Assembly (NCBI GenBank): GCA_963826785.1
Contig: CAWGYD010000006.1
Coordinates: 384,001-448,000 of the forward strand
From: an uncultured delta proteobacterium
GTDB lineage: Bacteria; Desulfobacterota; Desulfobacteria; Desulfobacterales; Desulfosalsimonadaceae
Length of the DNA: 64,000 nucleotides
Direction: 5' to 3'
Both the position numbers and the translations under genes were made by a program. Of the stretch, positions 30,874 to 44,242 are shown piece by piece. Positions within the stretch are counted from its first letter, which is position 1. Each line of letters opens with the position of its first letter. The notes beneath the pieces were generated by a model, which saw only the letters and a list, made by a program, of their open reading frames with translations, ran no database searches and was not told the origin of the DNA.

Positions 30874-32001
30874 ATGCGGTTTACAATAGACAAAAAACAG
30901 ATCAACGAAGTTCTGTCCAGTATCCAGGGTATCACCGGCCGCAAGACCAGCTTTGCCATAACCGAAAATGTACTCATTCGGACCGGTGAAAACAATGTGA
31001 CCCTGTCGGCAACCGATCTTGAAACCGGATTTGAAGGGGTTTACGCCGCTGAAGTGGAAGACGGCGGTATCGCTGCTGTAAATGCCCGTAAACTCTATGA
31101 CATCGTGCGCATGTTTCCCAGCGAGCGGATCATTTTCGAAGAACAGGAAAACCGATGGATCCGGATTACCTCGGAAACGGAAAAAGCACTGGAGTACCAC
31201 CTGCTGGGGATGAACCCCGACGACTACCCGGAAATCCCGAAAATAGAAGACGTCCGATTGGTCAACGTCAATTCCGCCGCATTTAAAAAGATGATCGAAA
31301 AATCGGTCATGATCAGTGTGGCCGGTGATGAAAAGCGCGAACATATGATCGGGGTGCATTTCGAAATCATATCTGAAAAAAACAACAAGATGCTTAGAAT
31401 GGTATCCACCGATATCAAGCGGCTATCCAAGGTGGATTATCTTTTTGAACCCCAGGCCGAAATCGATGAGAGCCAGATCGTCATCGTCCCCAAGAAAGGG
31501 CTGAACGAGGTCAACAAATTCATCGAATTTGAAGGCGAGGTGGGGATCTGCGTCAAGGGAAATCACCTGGTGGTCAAGAAGGAAAATGAAACCATCATCT
31601 TGAACCTGCTGGAGGGCGAATTTCCGGCATTCGATGACATTTTGAAAATCGATACGGACTTTGACATCGAATTTGACAACGATTTGCTCATGATGATGAT
31701 GAAGCGGATGTCCATCGTCACCTCTGATGAATACCGGGCGGTCATCTTTAAATTTGCCAACCATGAACTGGAAGTCCGGGCGGTAAACCCCAATGTGGGC
31801 GAATCAAAGGAGCACATGGAGATCGTCTTCGACCGGGAATCGTTTGAAGCCGGCTTCAACCCCCGTTTTTTCATCGAGGCGCTCAACCATATCGAAGAAG
31901 ACAAGGTGTGGTTAAACATCCGGGACCGGGAACATCCCTGCAGCTTGAGGGGGAAGAACGACACAAACTATCTGAACATCATTATGCCCATGAAGTTTTA
32001 G
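30874..32001 (+). CDS. dnaN: DNA polymerase III beta clamp
   Basis: 375 aa; ATDLE, STDxxRL, GEFP, GFNPRF and IIMPMK. Confidence 0.95.
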   Translation: MRFTIDKKQINEVLSSIQGITGRKTSFAITENVLIRTGENNVTLSATDLETGFEGVYAAEVEDGGIAAVNARKLYDIVRMFPSERIIFEEQENRWIRITSETEKALEYHLLGMNPDDYPEIPKIEDVRLVNVNSAAFKKMIEKSVMISVAGDEKREHMIGVHFEIISEKNNKMLRMVSTDIKRLSKVDYLFEPQAEIDESQIVIVPKKGLNEVNKFIEFEGEVGICVKGNHLVVKKENETIILNLLEGEFPAFDDILKIDTDFDIEFDNDLLMMMMKRMSIVTSDEYRAVIFKFANHELEVRAVNPNVGESKEHMEIVFDRESFEAGFNPRFFIEALNHIEEDKVWLNIRDREHPCSLRGKNDTNYLNIIMPMKF

Positions 32002-32134
32002 TGTCCGTCCATACAACATCTTTTTGCGCCAGGCCGCGCGTTTTCTCTTCTTGAAATCGTAAAAATCATTGTACCCCGCTGCGCGGTAATTTCGCAGTCC
32101 GGAACTGCGAATTTTACGCGTGCCGCGCCAGTAC

Positions 32135-32221
32135 GACACCCCCCTGCCCCCCTCAAGGGGGGAATTTTAATTAAATATAAATTATTAGTTAATCCCCCCT
32201 TGAGGGGGGCAGGGGGGTGTC
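32135..32221. repeat. REP-like inverted doublet with AT-rich spacer
   Basis: GACACCCCCCTGCCCCCCTCAAGGGGGG ... CCCCCCTTGAGGGGGGCAGGGGGGTGTC. Confidence 0.9.
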
Positions 32222-32562
32222 CGGACCGGCGGAAGCAAAAAAATGCAATATTTTAACCGATTGACGAGTTACCCTTCCAAGGAAGCGCTATCGGATTCAA
32301 AATGGATGCGGCCCTGGCCTGGACCTTATAACTATCGTTTATGGGTGAACACGATCGTGGATCCGGTTTTTGGCCGTTTCCGGCTGTTCAGGAGATTTGG
32401 AAATCGGAAAAACATCAACCTCCTTTCACCCGCTTTCTCACCTTCTTGATCACCATCTCCGCTCTTGATTTTTTTAATCCCTCATGTTATTTAAATATTT
32501 CAAATAAAATAACATTTATTCATTCGGCAGCCTGCCGGAAAAAGAATTGCGATAACGGTTAG

Positions 32563-35040
<2,478 letters not shown>

Positions 35041-35058
35041 CCTGTGACACCCCATTGC

Positions 35059-35146
35059 GACACCCCCCTGCCCCCCTCAAGGGGGGAATTTACATTAAAT
35101 CTTATAGTTAATTATTCCCCCCTCGAGGGGGGGCAGGGGGGGTGTC
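35059..35146. repeat. REP-like inverted doublet between convergent genes
   Basis: Same arms as the 32135 copy with a different AT-rich spacer. Confidence 0.9.
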
Positions 35147-35147
35147 G

Positions 35148-35408
35148 CTACTGCAGCGTTGTCGGCAGGCGGGTGATTTTGTCGAAATAATCGGATTCAT
35201 CCTCGAATTCCAGGTAATGGGCCACCTGATCGAAGGCGATCACCGCCCGCAGACCGGAGGCCCAGTCATCCGAACTCTCCGGAATTTTTCCAACGATAAA
35301 TTTGCGCCCTTCAAATTCCTCTATCCGGGGATTCAATACGGCGATCCCGCCGATAAATTCTTTTGAAGAATCAATTAAATAGACCAGGATCAGTTTTCCT
35401 CTAAACAT
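35148..35408 (-). CDS. Hypothetical protein (86 aa)
   Basis: C-terminal part of ORF 35148-35753 from MFRGKLILVYL; follows the citrate synthase stop. Confidence 0.6.
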   Translation of the reverse strand: MFRGKLILVYLIDSSKEFIGGIAVLNPRIEEFEGRKFIVGKIPESSDDWASGLRAVIAFDQVAHYLEFEDESDYFDKITRLPTTLQ

Positions 35409-35448
35409 ATCGTCGCGCCTGTTCGTAAATGTTGGTTCTTTTGAAATA

Positions 35449-36870
35449 TCAGTTTTGCTGTTCCGTACGGTTTTCCACGGGGACATACTTTTTGTTGAAC
35501 GCTCCCGTGTAAAGCGCCCGGGGCCGGAATATCCGGTTTTTTTCGATGTACTCCAACGCACGGGCCGTCCATCCGGCCACCCGGCTGGCGGCGAACAGGG
35601 GGGTGAACAGCTCTTCGTCCAGACCCAGACCGCTGTAAACCAGTCCGGAAAAAAAATCAACATTGGGAAATATTTTTTTCTCCCGGGACAGATGTGAGTC
35701 AGCCACGGTCTGCTCGAGCTTGTGGGCGATATCGAACAATTCCTTGCCCACATGATCTTTCTGGATCAAAAGTCTGGCCAGGGGTCCCAGCACCCGCGCG
35801 CGGGGATCGTAGGCCTTGTAAACCCGATGGCCGAATCCGCTGATCTTGCCCTTTTTTTCCAGTTTGTTTTTGACCCATGATTCCACCAGGTCGACCGAAC
35901 CGATCTCCTTTAGCGCCTTGATCACGGCTTCGTTGGCGCCGCCGTGAAGCGGTCCGCTCAGCGCCGCGATGCCCGACCCAACGGCAAAATAAATATCTGC
36001 CAGGGTGGAAGCCACCACCAGGGTGGAGAAGGTGCTGGCATTCATCCCGTGGTCTGCATGAAGGATCAGGGCGATATCCATGATCCGCTCCTGCATCGGA
36101 TCGGGTCTTTTGCCGGTGATCATGTAAAGGAGGTTGGCCGCATGGCTGAGATTCGGGTCCGGCTCGATGGGCAGACGGCCGTGGTGGATCCTGGATACCG
36201 CCCCGATGATGGTGGAAACGCCGGCAATCAGGTGATAGCAGGCCCCGATGGCGCTCTGCCGGGCCAGATTCCGCTCCTTCAGGTTGGCATTGAACCGTTT
36301 GCTTTCCTTGATTTTAAATTCATAGGTGGCCCGTTTGCTGCCCAGGGCAGGCGTTTCCATGGGGATGGAATCCTCATCCGAACCAATGGCCGTCTTGATC
36401 TTGGGCCGGCCGGCTTCCTTGTCCAGGTTTGTAAATTCCTGGCGCATCATGTTGGTGCCCAGACGAAGCGCCGCCATGGCGCTCATCTCCTCGATGTTAA
36501 ATCCCATCAGCAGCCGCAGGGTCGTGTTCAGATGCATGTAATTGTAAAGATTGGTCTTGTATTCGGCTAACTGTTGTGCATTCGGCAGCGCCCCGTGCAG
36601 GAGCAGATAGCAGACTTCTTCATAGGTGGCGTTTGCCGCCAGGTCGAAGATATCGTACCCCCTGTACACCAGCCATCCCTTGGCCCCGTTCACATATCCC
36701 ACGCTGCTTTCACAGGCGATGGCCCCCTCCAGACCCGGGCCCACCGTGCACTGAATCGGCCAGCTGGTTTTCTTCGGGCTTTCCGGTTCGGGTTCGCTGT
36801 GGGTTTCCCTGCGGGCCTGCTCTGCAGCATCCATGATAATTTTCTTGATGGTGTTCAATTCGGTTTTCAT
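35449..36870 (-). CDS. Citrate/2-methylcitrate synthase (Si-type fold)
   Basis: GLEG, YRGY, LHADHGMNAST, GPLHGGAN, GFGHRVY and PNVDF. Confidence 0.9.
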   Translation of the reverse strand: MKTELNTIKKIIMDAAEQARRETHSEPEPESPKKTSWPIQCTVGPGLEGAIACESSVGYVNGAKGWLVYRGYDIFDLAANATYEEVCYLLLHGALPNAQQLAEYKTNLYNYMHLNTTLRLLMGFNIEEMSAMAALRLGTNMMRQEFTNLDKEAGRPKIKTAIGSDEDSIPMETPALGSKRATYEFKIKESKRFNANLKERNLARQSAIGACYHLIAGVSTIIGAVSRIHHGRLPIEPDPNLSHAANLLYMITGKRPDPMQERIMDIALILHADHGMNASTFSTLVVASTLADIYFAVGSGIAALSGPLHGGANEAVIKALKEIGSVDLVESWVKNKLEKKGKISGFGHRVYKAYDPRARVLGPLARLLIQKDHVGKELFDIAHKLEQTVADSHLSREKKIFPNVDFFSGLVYSGLGLDEELFTPLFAASRVAGWTARALEYIEKNRIFRPRALYTGAFNKKYVPVENRTEQQN

Positions 36871-37047
36871 GCTTGAAGACTCCTTTCCCCTGATGTGATA
36901 ATCTTAATTGATGAAACAAATATTGAAATTATCCATCTGAGATATTTAATTGAAACATAACATATACTATAAAATGGCATTTTAGGCAATTGTCAAAAAG
37001 GCCCCGTTTATAAGTGGCAAATCATTCGTAAATAGCGGCGGGTTGTC

Positions 37048-37584
37048 ATGATGATCTCTTGGCAGGAACTGTCGGTGAGCCGAACCCTGAAGCAGTTTGA
37101 CGATTTAAAGCGCGCGGTGATCGATACCTCGTCCTTGATTTATCTGGATAAAATCAAACTGCTCCATGAAACCCGCACCGCACTTGAGCTGATCACCGTA
37201 CCGGGTGTGGTGAAAGAATTTCAGCAGAAAGCACGCATTCAGGAATGGGCAGCGATTCGGGTGCACCCTGTGGATTGCGGGAATGGATGCACCACGGATT
37301 CAGCGCTTCTGGCTGCGGCCAAGGCATTGACCCTTCCGGTGATCTCGGAAGACCGCCAGCTCCTGATGAAAGCCCGGGCGGCGGAAATCCCCTATTTTAA
37401 CACGCTTATGATCATCTTTTTTCTTCTGTACCGAAAGACCATTCCCATCGATGTCTGTGAGGCGGCCGTAGATCATCTCGAGCGCACGGCCCGTTACGAT
37501 ACCCGTATTTTCGATTACGGCCGCCGGGTAAAACAGGCCATCACCGACTTGCATGCTTCAGAGAATAAGCCGATTACTTTATGA
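37048..37584 (+). CDS. PIN-domain protein
   Basis: AVIDTSSLI, VVKEF, TDSALL and ISEDRQL give the acidic PIN pattern. Confidence 0.7.
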   Translation: MMISWQELSVSRTLKQFDDLKRAVIDTSSLIYLDKIKLLHETRTALELITVPGVVKEFQQKARIQEWAAIRVHPVDCGNGCTTDSALLAAAKALTLPVISEDRQLLMKARAAEIPYFNTLMIIFFLLYRKTIPIDVCEAAVDHLERTARYDTRIFDYGRRVKQAITDLHASENKPITL

Positions 37585-37694
37585 TTTTGAAATCAATGCA
37601 GGGATGTGTTAACGGTTTAACTTACTTTTGAACATAGACGGTTATGTAAAACAGACGAAAACTGTTCATCAAATAAATCAGTGAGGTATCGGTC

Positions 37695-39029
37695 ATGGAC
37701 AAAAAAACGGTTGCGATTGTCAAGTATGAAACGCCTGTCGAATCGGCCCGGAAAGTCATCACCCTGTGCGGCGGTTTGAACCACCTGCCGGCAAATGCGC
37801 ATGTGTTCATCAAACCCAATATCGTCTTCTGGACCAAGGCGGTGGCGTTTCCCAAATGGGGCGTGATCACCACATCCCGGCTCATCGAGGATATGGTGAT
37901 CCTGCTGAAGGAGCACGGCGTCGAGCACATCACCATCGGCGAGGGGATCGTCACCGGGGACCCCAAAGACCGGGAAACCCCCGCCCATGCATTCAAAACC
38001 CTGGGATACGAAGCATTGAACAAGCGCTACGGGGTCAATTTCATCAACGTGTTCGACCGGCCCTTCGAAAAGGTGGACCTTGGCGGCGGCGTGGAACTCA
38101 AGTTCAATACCGACATCCTCCACAGCGATTTTGTGGTCGATATGCCGGTGATGAAGGCGCACAACCAGACCGTGGTGAGCCTGGGGATCAAGAATCTCAA
38201 GGGAACCATCGACGTCAATTCCCGGAAGAAATGCCACAGCGAAGATCCGGAAAAAGATCTCAATTACATGATTTCCCGGCTGGCGGACAAGATGCCGCCC
38301 ATGCTGACGCTCATCGACGGCATTTATTCCAATGAGCGCGGTCCGGCCTTTGACGGCCGCATGCACCGGTCCAACCTGCTGGTGGCCTCGCCGGATTTCC
38401 TGTCCGCGGACCTGGTGGGGGCCAACGTGCTGGGATACACAGCCGACCAGGTCCCCCACCTGGTCCATGCCGCGGCCAATCACAACCGGCCCCTGGACTT
38501 GTCCGATATCGAGGTCAAAGGGGAAACCATAGAAAGCGTGGCCCGGTTCCACCAGCATAATTTTGAGTATGCACAGGCCGAGGACGGCTCCTGGATGCCC
38601 CTGCCCCTGGCCAAACAGGGAATCCAGGGCGTCAGCTACCGCAAGTACGACCTGTCCATGTGCACCTACTGCTCGGGAATCAACGGCCTGATCCTGACTG
38701 CCATCCGGTACGCCTGGCAGGGCAAGCCCTTTGACAAGGTGGAGGTGCTCACCGGCAAGCACATGGAGCCCACCCCGGGAATGAACAAGACCATCCTGAT
38801 GGGCAAATGCATCTACCAGAAACACAAGAACAATCCGGCCATCAAGGAGATGTTTTCGGTCAAGGGATGCCCGCCCAAGGCCGAAGACGTGGTCAAGGCC
38901 TTTCACGAGGCCGGAATTCCCGTGGATAAGAACATGTTCGATAACATGGACCAGCTCCCCGGATTCTTCATGTCCCGCTACGAGGGAAAGCCCGAATTCG
39001 ACGAAGGGTACTTCAGGGTGGCCGAGTAG
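37695..39029 (+). CDS. DUF362 domain protein with C-terminal Cys motifs (probable Fe-S)
   Basis: VFIKPN, IGEG, PVMKAH and SLGIKNLKG; CTYC, GKC and KGCPP. Confidence 0.8.
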   Translation: MDKKTVAIVKYETPVESARKVITLCGGLNHLPANAHVFIKPNIVFWTKAVAFPKWGVITTSRLIEDMVILLKEHGVEHITIGEGIVTGDPKDRETPAHAFKTLGYEALNKRYGVNFINVFDRPFEKVDLGGGVELKFNTDILHSDFVVDMPVMKAHNQTVVSLGIKNLKGTIDVNSRKKCHSEDPEKDLNYMISRLADKMPPMLTLIDGIYSNERGPAFDGRMHRSNLLVASPDFLSADLVGANVLGYTADQVPHLVHAAANHNRPLDLSDIEVKGETIESVARFHQHNFEYAQAEDGSWMPLPLAKQGIQGVSYRKYDLSMCTYCSGINGLILTAIRYAWQGKPFDKVEVLTGKHMEPTPGMNKTILMGKCIYQKHKNNPAIKEMFSVKGCPPKAEDVVKAFHEAGIPVDKNMFDNMDQLPGFFMSRYEGKPEFDEGYFRVAE

Positions 39030-39088
39030 CCGCAATTTTCATTTCGCATTCAAGCGATGCGCCGGCCGAATCGCCGGCGCCGGCGTAT

Positions 39089-39129
39089 ATCCCCGATCCT
39101 TATTAGAGCAGGATCGGGGATTTTTTTTT
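39089..39129 (+). terminator. Rho-independent terminator
   Basis: ATCCCCGATCCT...AGGATCGGGGAT followed by a T-run. Confidence 0.75.
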
Positions 39130-39273
39130 CATCGAGGTCATCGCCGCCCCGGCATGACAGATCCGCCAGAAAGGCTATTCTTTAGATAATCCGGATAAAT
39201 TCGTAAAAGGCGCCCGACCCCGCTGCGTGGTGTTTTTACAGATGGAACCTTCGAATCGTAACGGCAGCCGCTG

Positions 39274-39320
39274 GCACGCCCCCTTTTAATTCCCCCCTCG
39301 AGGGGGGCGAAGGGGGGTGT
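39274..39320. repeat. Collapsed REP-like element (single hairpin plus right arm)
   Basis: CCCCCCTCGAGGGGGGCGAAGGGGGGTGT, the same right arm as at 4412-4440. Confidence 0.8.
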
Positions 39321-39435
39321 TGGGCCTGCGGAAACAAAAGAATACTGTTATTTAAACGCAACCGTTGCCGAGTCAAAAAGGAGCGTACGGCTTCATCAAT
39401 ACAGTTGATGGGAAATTGAAAGAGAGGGCCTTGGG

Positions 39436-40083
39436 ATGAAAAAAATTTTGATCTGCATCTGTCTGGTATCACTGCTGTTAATGTGCGCGTGCTCCAGTAT
39501 GTATTACAATACCATGGAAAAATTTGGTTATCCCAAGCGCGATATCCTGGTCGACCGGGTGGAAGCGGCGGCCGATGCCCAGGCCAGTGCCCAGGAACAG
39601 TTTCAATCCGCCCTGGACCAGTTCACGTCGGTGGTGCAAGTGGAGAATACCGAACTGAAGCAGGCATATGAAAAATTAAACGATGCCTATGAGAACAGCA
39701 GGCAATCGGCCCAGCGGGTGTCATCGCGCATCGACAGCGTGGAATCGGTGGCCGATGCCCTGTTCGATGAATGGGAAGACGAACTCGACCGCTATCAAAG
39801 CCCCGAGCTGAAACGGATCAGCGCCCGGCGGCTGGAAGAAACCCGTGTGCAGTACCGGAAGATGCTTTCCAGCATGCGGCGGGCGGAGAAAAGCATGCAG
39901 CCGGTGCTGGAAAAATTCGAAGACAATGTCTTATTTTTAAAACACAACCTCAACGCTCAGGCAATCGGATCATTGAAAACCGAGTTTTCGGGGCTCAAGG
40001 GCGATATCGCAGACTTGATCGACCAGATGAACACCTCCATAGAAACATCCAATGCCTTTATTTCAAGTCTGCAGCAGAAATAG
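39436..40083 (+). CDS. DUF2959-family lipoprotein
   Basis: Lipobox MCAC; YYNTMEKFGYPKRDILVDRV and FLKHNLNAQAI. Confidence 0.85.
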   Translation: MKKILICICLVSLLLMCACSSMYYNTMEKFGYPKRDILVDRVEAAADAQASAQEQFQSALDQFTSVVQVENTELKQAYEKLNDAYENSRQSAQRVSSRIDSVESVADALFDEWEDELDRYQSPELKRISARRLEETRVQYRKMLSSMRRAEKSMQPVLEKFEDNVLFLKHNLNAQAIGSLKTEFSGLKGDIADLIDQMNTSIETSNAFISSLQQK

Positions 40084-40118
40084 CCGGGTGAAAGATCCGC
40101 TTGCTTAAACGGAAAAAT

Positions 40119-40913
40119 TCAATCCGCCAGTCCGGCCCAGGTGAAGATGCTATTTCCGGTCAGGGCCGTGCAGGTCCGGGCGGTGGTGACGGTTTGTTCA
40201 TGAAAGACGTTCATCAGCACCATGCTCAGACCGGATGCGGCCAGCATGGGCAGGAAGGTGCGCTCCAGGAGACGCCGCTTGCCCATGGGGCCGCCGCCGG
40301 TGGTCAAATTGGACAGGCCGGCGATGGTGCGCACCGGAAATCCCAGCAGATCGGGCAGTTGGTGGATAACGGAGAGGATTTCCCGATTGTGGTGCAGACC
40401 GTTTTCCCAGATGACCGGGGCGATGACCGGGTCGATGATCAGCGCCGAATTCTCCAGTCCGGCCGTTCGGAAGGCATCGTAAAGATCGAGGGCGATGGCC
40501 AGGGCGTCCGACGCGTCCACCGGCACGTGGGAATTGGGATAAAGCAGGTATCCGATGATGTCGGCCGCATGGGTTTTGGCCAGGGGCAGGATGTGGGCGA
40601 TTTTTTCCGGCTCCAGTGAGAACCCGTTGATCACAGGAGGCTTGCGGCATGCCTTCAACCCCGCTTCCAACGCCCGGGGATTGGTCGAATCCAGCATCAG
40701 GGGCAGGTCCGTGGCGGCCTGGACCGCCTCCACCAGAAAAACCATCTTCTTTTCGGGATCACGGGAAAGCGGCCCCGAATTGATGTCGATCCAATCCGCC
40801 CCGGCCGCCGCACAGGCTTTGGCCATGGCCATGACCGGTTCCGGGTCGAAGTTTTCCACTGCCGCCGCAATCTCAGGACGCGTGATCTGAAGGTTGTCCG
40901 CCGCCACGATCAT
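40119..40913 (-). CDS. Pterin-binding protein, AcsE-like methyltetrahydrofolate:corrinoid methyltransferase family
   Basis: GADWIDIN, LMLDS, IIDP and AGLSN. Confidence 0.75.
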   Translation of the reverse strand: MIVAADNLQITRPEIAAAVENFDPEPVMAMAKACAAAGADWIDINSGPLSRDPEKKMVFLVEAVQAATDLPLMLDSTNPRALEAGLKACRKPPVINGFSLEPEKIAHILPLAKTHAADIIGYLLYPNSHVPVDASDALAIALDLYDAFRTAGLENSALIIDPVIAPVIWENGLHHNREILSVIHQLPDLLGFPVRTIAGLSNLTTGGGPMGKRRLLERTFLPMLAASGLSMVLMNVFHEQTVTTARTCTALTGNSIFTWAGLAD

Positions 40914-41210
40914 TTGAATTCAAAATCCTCTAATAGAAAGCTTCTGCCGATTCGAAACTTGCCGGTGCAGCGTTTTTTCCCGTAAACCCAAAACGCGAAA
41001 AGAACGCGAATAAAATGGGAATTGCGTTGAAAGCAAATCCTATGCTACATAGTGGCAAACCAAAAGTATTTTTTGCCGGTAAATACCTTCTGTCCGAAAA
41101 ATAACACCGGCACCGCTCTTTTCCATCGGATAGGGATCCATCTCCCGACAATCCCCGCTCTTTTACTGCGGGATTCACGTTTTTTCAACCCTTCAAAAAG
41201 GATGCCGCTT

Positions 41211-41699
41211 ATGAAAATTGGTTTCCGCAATACCGATCTGTACGCATGTATCCTGGTTTCGATGATTTTGCCGCTCCTGGTGATGTCAATTGTGCCGGCG
41301 GCTGCCGAAGACCGGTTTGTAAATAACGGGGACGGGACCATAACAGACCTGCAGAGCGGCCTGATGTGGGAAAAAGCGGTGGCGCCTTTGAAAAAGAATG
41401 TGGACGGGGCCGTTCAATATACCCGGGAATGCTGCCTGGGGGATCACAGGGACTGGCGGCTGCCCACCCGGGATGAGTTGTTTGCCCTGGGAAAGGTATG
41501 CCAGACACCCCTGATGCGGGTCCGGTACGGCGAATACCTCACCGCCAGCGGCGGCATCGAGGAGGGCGGCGGGGTTTTTGTCGTGGGGATCTACCCGGAA
41601 AACAAGGTCACTTCCGATTATCAGAAGACCCGGGATAAACGGTTCATGTACTACATCTGGCTGGTGAGGGACGTAAAAGAAGAAACGTTAAAGGAATAG
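41211..41699 (+). CDS. DUF1566 (Lcl C-terminal) secreted protein
   Basis: RFVNNGDGTITDLQSGLMW, DWRLPTRDEL and WLVR. Confidence 0.85.
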   Translation: MKIGFRNTDLYACILVSMILPLLVMSIVPAAAEDRFVNNGDGTITDLQSGLMWEKAVAPLKKNVDGAVQYTRECCLGDHRDWRLPTRDELFALGKVCQTPLMRVRYGEYLTASGGIEEGGGVFVVGIYPENKVTSDYQKTRDKRFMYYIWLVRDVKEETLKE

Positions 41700-41703
41700 C
41701 GGC

Positions 41704-42141
41704 ATGGAAAGGCAAAAAACCCGGATAAAAAAGCTGCTTGCCGGCATCTGCCTGGCCGTTCTGCTGTCCTGCCCCGCAGGCGCGCGGGACGAAAACGGGC
41801 TCAAAGTGGATGTGTTGGCCAAATCGATTTCAAGCTGGGACGGCCAGATTCTCCCCGAATATCCAGTAGGCCAGCCGGAGATCACCATTTTGAAAATCAA
41901 GATTCCGGCCGGGGCCACCCTGCCGCTGCACGAGCATCCGGTCATCAATGCGGGGGTGCTGGTGAGCGGAAAGTTGACCGTGGTGACGGAAGACAAAAAA
42001 ATCCTCTATCTCAAAGCCGGCGATTCGATTGTTGAAGTGGTGAACACCTGGCATTACGGGAAAAACGAAGGGGATGTGCCGGCCGAGATCATCGTCTTCT
42101 ATGCGGGGGTGCAGGGGGAGCCCGTCACGGTCAAGAGATAA
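41704..42141 (+). CDS. Secreted cupin domain protein
   Basis: LPLHEHP...GKLTV...EVVNTWHYGKN. Confidence 0.85.
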   Translation: MERQKTRIKKLLAGICLAVLLSCPAGARDENGLKVDVLAKSISSWDGQILPEYPVGQPEITILKIKIPAGATLPLHEHPVINAGVLVSGKLTVVTEDKKILYLKAGDSIVEVVNTWHYGKNEGDVPAEIIVFYAGVQGEPVTVKR

Positions 42142-42349
42142 AGCAAATCGGCCGCCACCGCTTGGATGACGGCCGATTTGAATATAGCTTTTTTACGTCC
42201 TGTTACCGTGTTGCTTTGTCGGACATGGCAGACACCAGGGCTTCCGGATCTCCGCTTAAAAAAAGCGGCTTCCACATCATCGGCGGCGCTTTTGAGCTGG
42301 GCCGTTTCTCCGGGAAAAGCGCCGCCGCCCTCGTCATCACCCCCGCCGC

Positions 42350-44231
42350 TTATTTCCGCTGGAACTCGTCCACCGACGCATGGGGGGTCAAGTCACTGTA
42401 GCTGTAATCTTCCTTATAGGTGTTGGTCACTTCCCCCTCCGCGTCATAGCATGTCTCGATTTCTTCCCACACCACGCTGGCCGTGGCCTGGCTTGTTTTT
42501 GAATCGTTGAAGAAAAATCCGGAGGAATGCTTTCCGGCCAGGGTGAAACTGCCGTTTACCCGTTGAAAGCCGGTTTTAATGCATGATCCGGAAGGGTACT
42601 CCCATTTGGCATCCGTCGACCAGGTCCCTTTAATCTCGAGGCGGTTGTCGAGGTAGGTGCCCGATCCCTTGATGTGATGGGTGACGGTGTGGGTATCGGA
42701 AAGATTGATCAGATAACGCGGATCGGCAAAGGTATAATCGACGGTAACCCTGCCGTCCGCACCGACGGTTGCCGGTACCCAGTCGTCGATGCGGATGACA
42801 TTGGCCGGATAATATTCGTTGTTCCGGTCATCGAACCAGAGCAGCATCTCCCAGTTGGCCGTCAGGGCCGGCTTCTTTTTTTCGGAGGCCACCGTAATGC
42901 CGCCGAAATGGATTTGTGCAGACACTTCCTTTCCTTCAGGAACCCCCGGGATATCCCCCTCGAAATCGCCGCCGTCGGCTTCCACTGTGGCGATTTTGTC
43001 CCAGTCCATGAAAATATCCACCGGACCGGTATAATAAATGGGGGTTTGGTATTCATCATCGGTGGTATGGGTGACGGTTCCCCGGATATAGCCCTCATTG
43101 GTGTCGATTTCCTCGATTTCAACTTTCAGCTGGGGAATAAACAGCCGCATGAGGTGGACCCCCCCTTCCAGGATATTGGGGATCAGCACGTCGGCCTGGG
43201 AATCGGCGCAGTCGCTGTCGATGTAGGGATAGCCGCGAAACCAGAAATAACTGTGATCCTTGCACATCTTGACTTTGGTGCCGCTGGAAAACGTCTTGTA
43301 GAAGGTAAATTCTTCCGCTATGTATTCCAATCCGCCCAGCTTGGGCTGGGGATAGGCCGGCTGATCGTCGATAATGGGACTGATCTGTTCCACCCCCATG
43401 CCGGAGATGGTCTGATTGGTGAAAAAATTCTCATTGGTGAAAACGGACAGGGTTTCAAACAGGTCTTCCGCCCGGACCGCGTTTGAAAAGGCGGTTTTCA
43501 GGCCCGGCTCGGCCGGCCCGTCCTTTTTCAGGGTCACCACGGATGCGGCCATATAAGATTCATACGGATCCGGGTCTCCCATTACCCCCAGGGCCATGGA
43601 AGGCGCATGGCTGTCATTTCGCACATGCACCGGGCACCCCATGTCCGCCAGCAGGTGCATGGTTTCCCCCAGGCAGCGGTATGCTTTGGCCATGTGGCCG
43701 TCCCGGAGCTTCGTGTCCGGTTCTTCCAGGGCTTTTTTCATGTAGTCGAGGCCGTTTAGCCAGCTCCAGGCGTTTTCGTGGGTCGGAGATGGCCCAGCTC
43801 TTGGCGTCAATGCCGGGATTTGCCGCCAGGCCTTCCCAATAGGTGCCCCGGTTGGTCAAATACCGCTTGCCGTCGTTTATGCCCTGGGGATCATAGAAGT
43901 GGCGCAGGGCCGCAAACACCTCGGGCTCATCGGCGGCGTATCCGCCGTGCTTGACCCATTCTTTGGGGGTCTTGGACTCGTTTTTGACCTCGATATCCCA
44001 GTTGCCGGGCTTGGTCACGGCAGGACCCGTAAATTCCGCATTGCCGTCAAACACGAAAATGTAATTGGCAAATTTCGATGCAGGGGTCGAAGCGTTGACC
44101 CTGGCTTCGAACTTGTCCACCACCGTGCCGTTGATGGTGGGATGGGTCCCCACGTTGTTATAGGCGACCACCACGGTAATCACCGCCAGCAGAACAAGTG
44201 CCGGAATCGCAAAGCATAACGTTTTTTTCAT
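42350..44231 (-). CDS. Secreted Zn-dependent phospholipase C / S1-P1 nuclease-fold protein with beta-rich C-terminal domains; frameshift near 43780
   Basis: Signal peptide then YNNVGTH, GGYAADEP, RHFYDP, LGETMHLLADMGCPVH and DPYE across two overlapping ORFs. Confidence 0.7.
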
Positions 44232-44242
44232 GTCGCTCTCCT

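Noticed and set aside
32243..32562. recF remnant between dnaN and gyrB
   Set aside because: The short ORFs show no Walker A or other RecF similarity.
37617..39035. 472-aa antisense ORF, and similar long shadow ORFs at 5256, 15225 and 60743
   Set aside because: They mirror well-supported genes and carry no motifs; expected from GC-rich codon bias.
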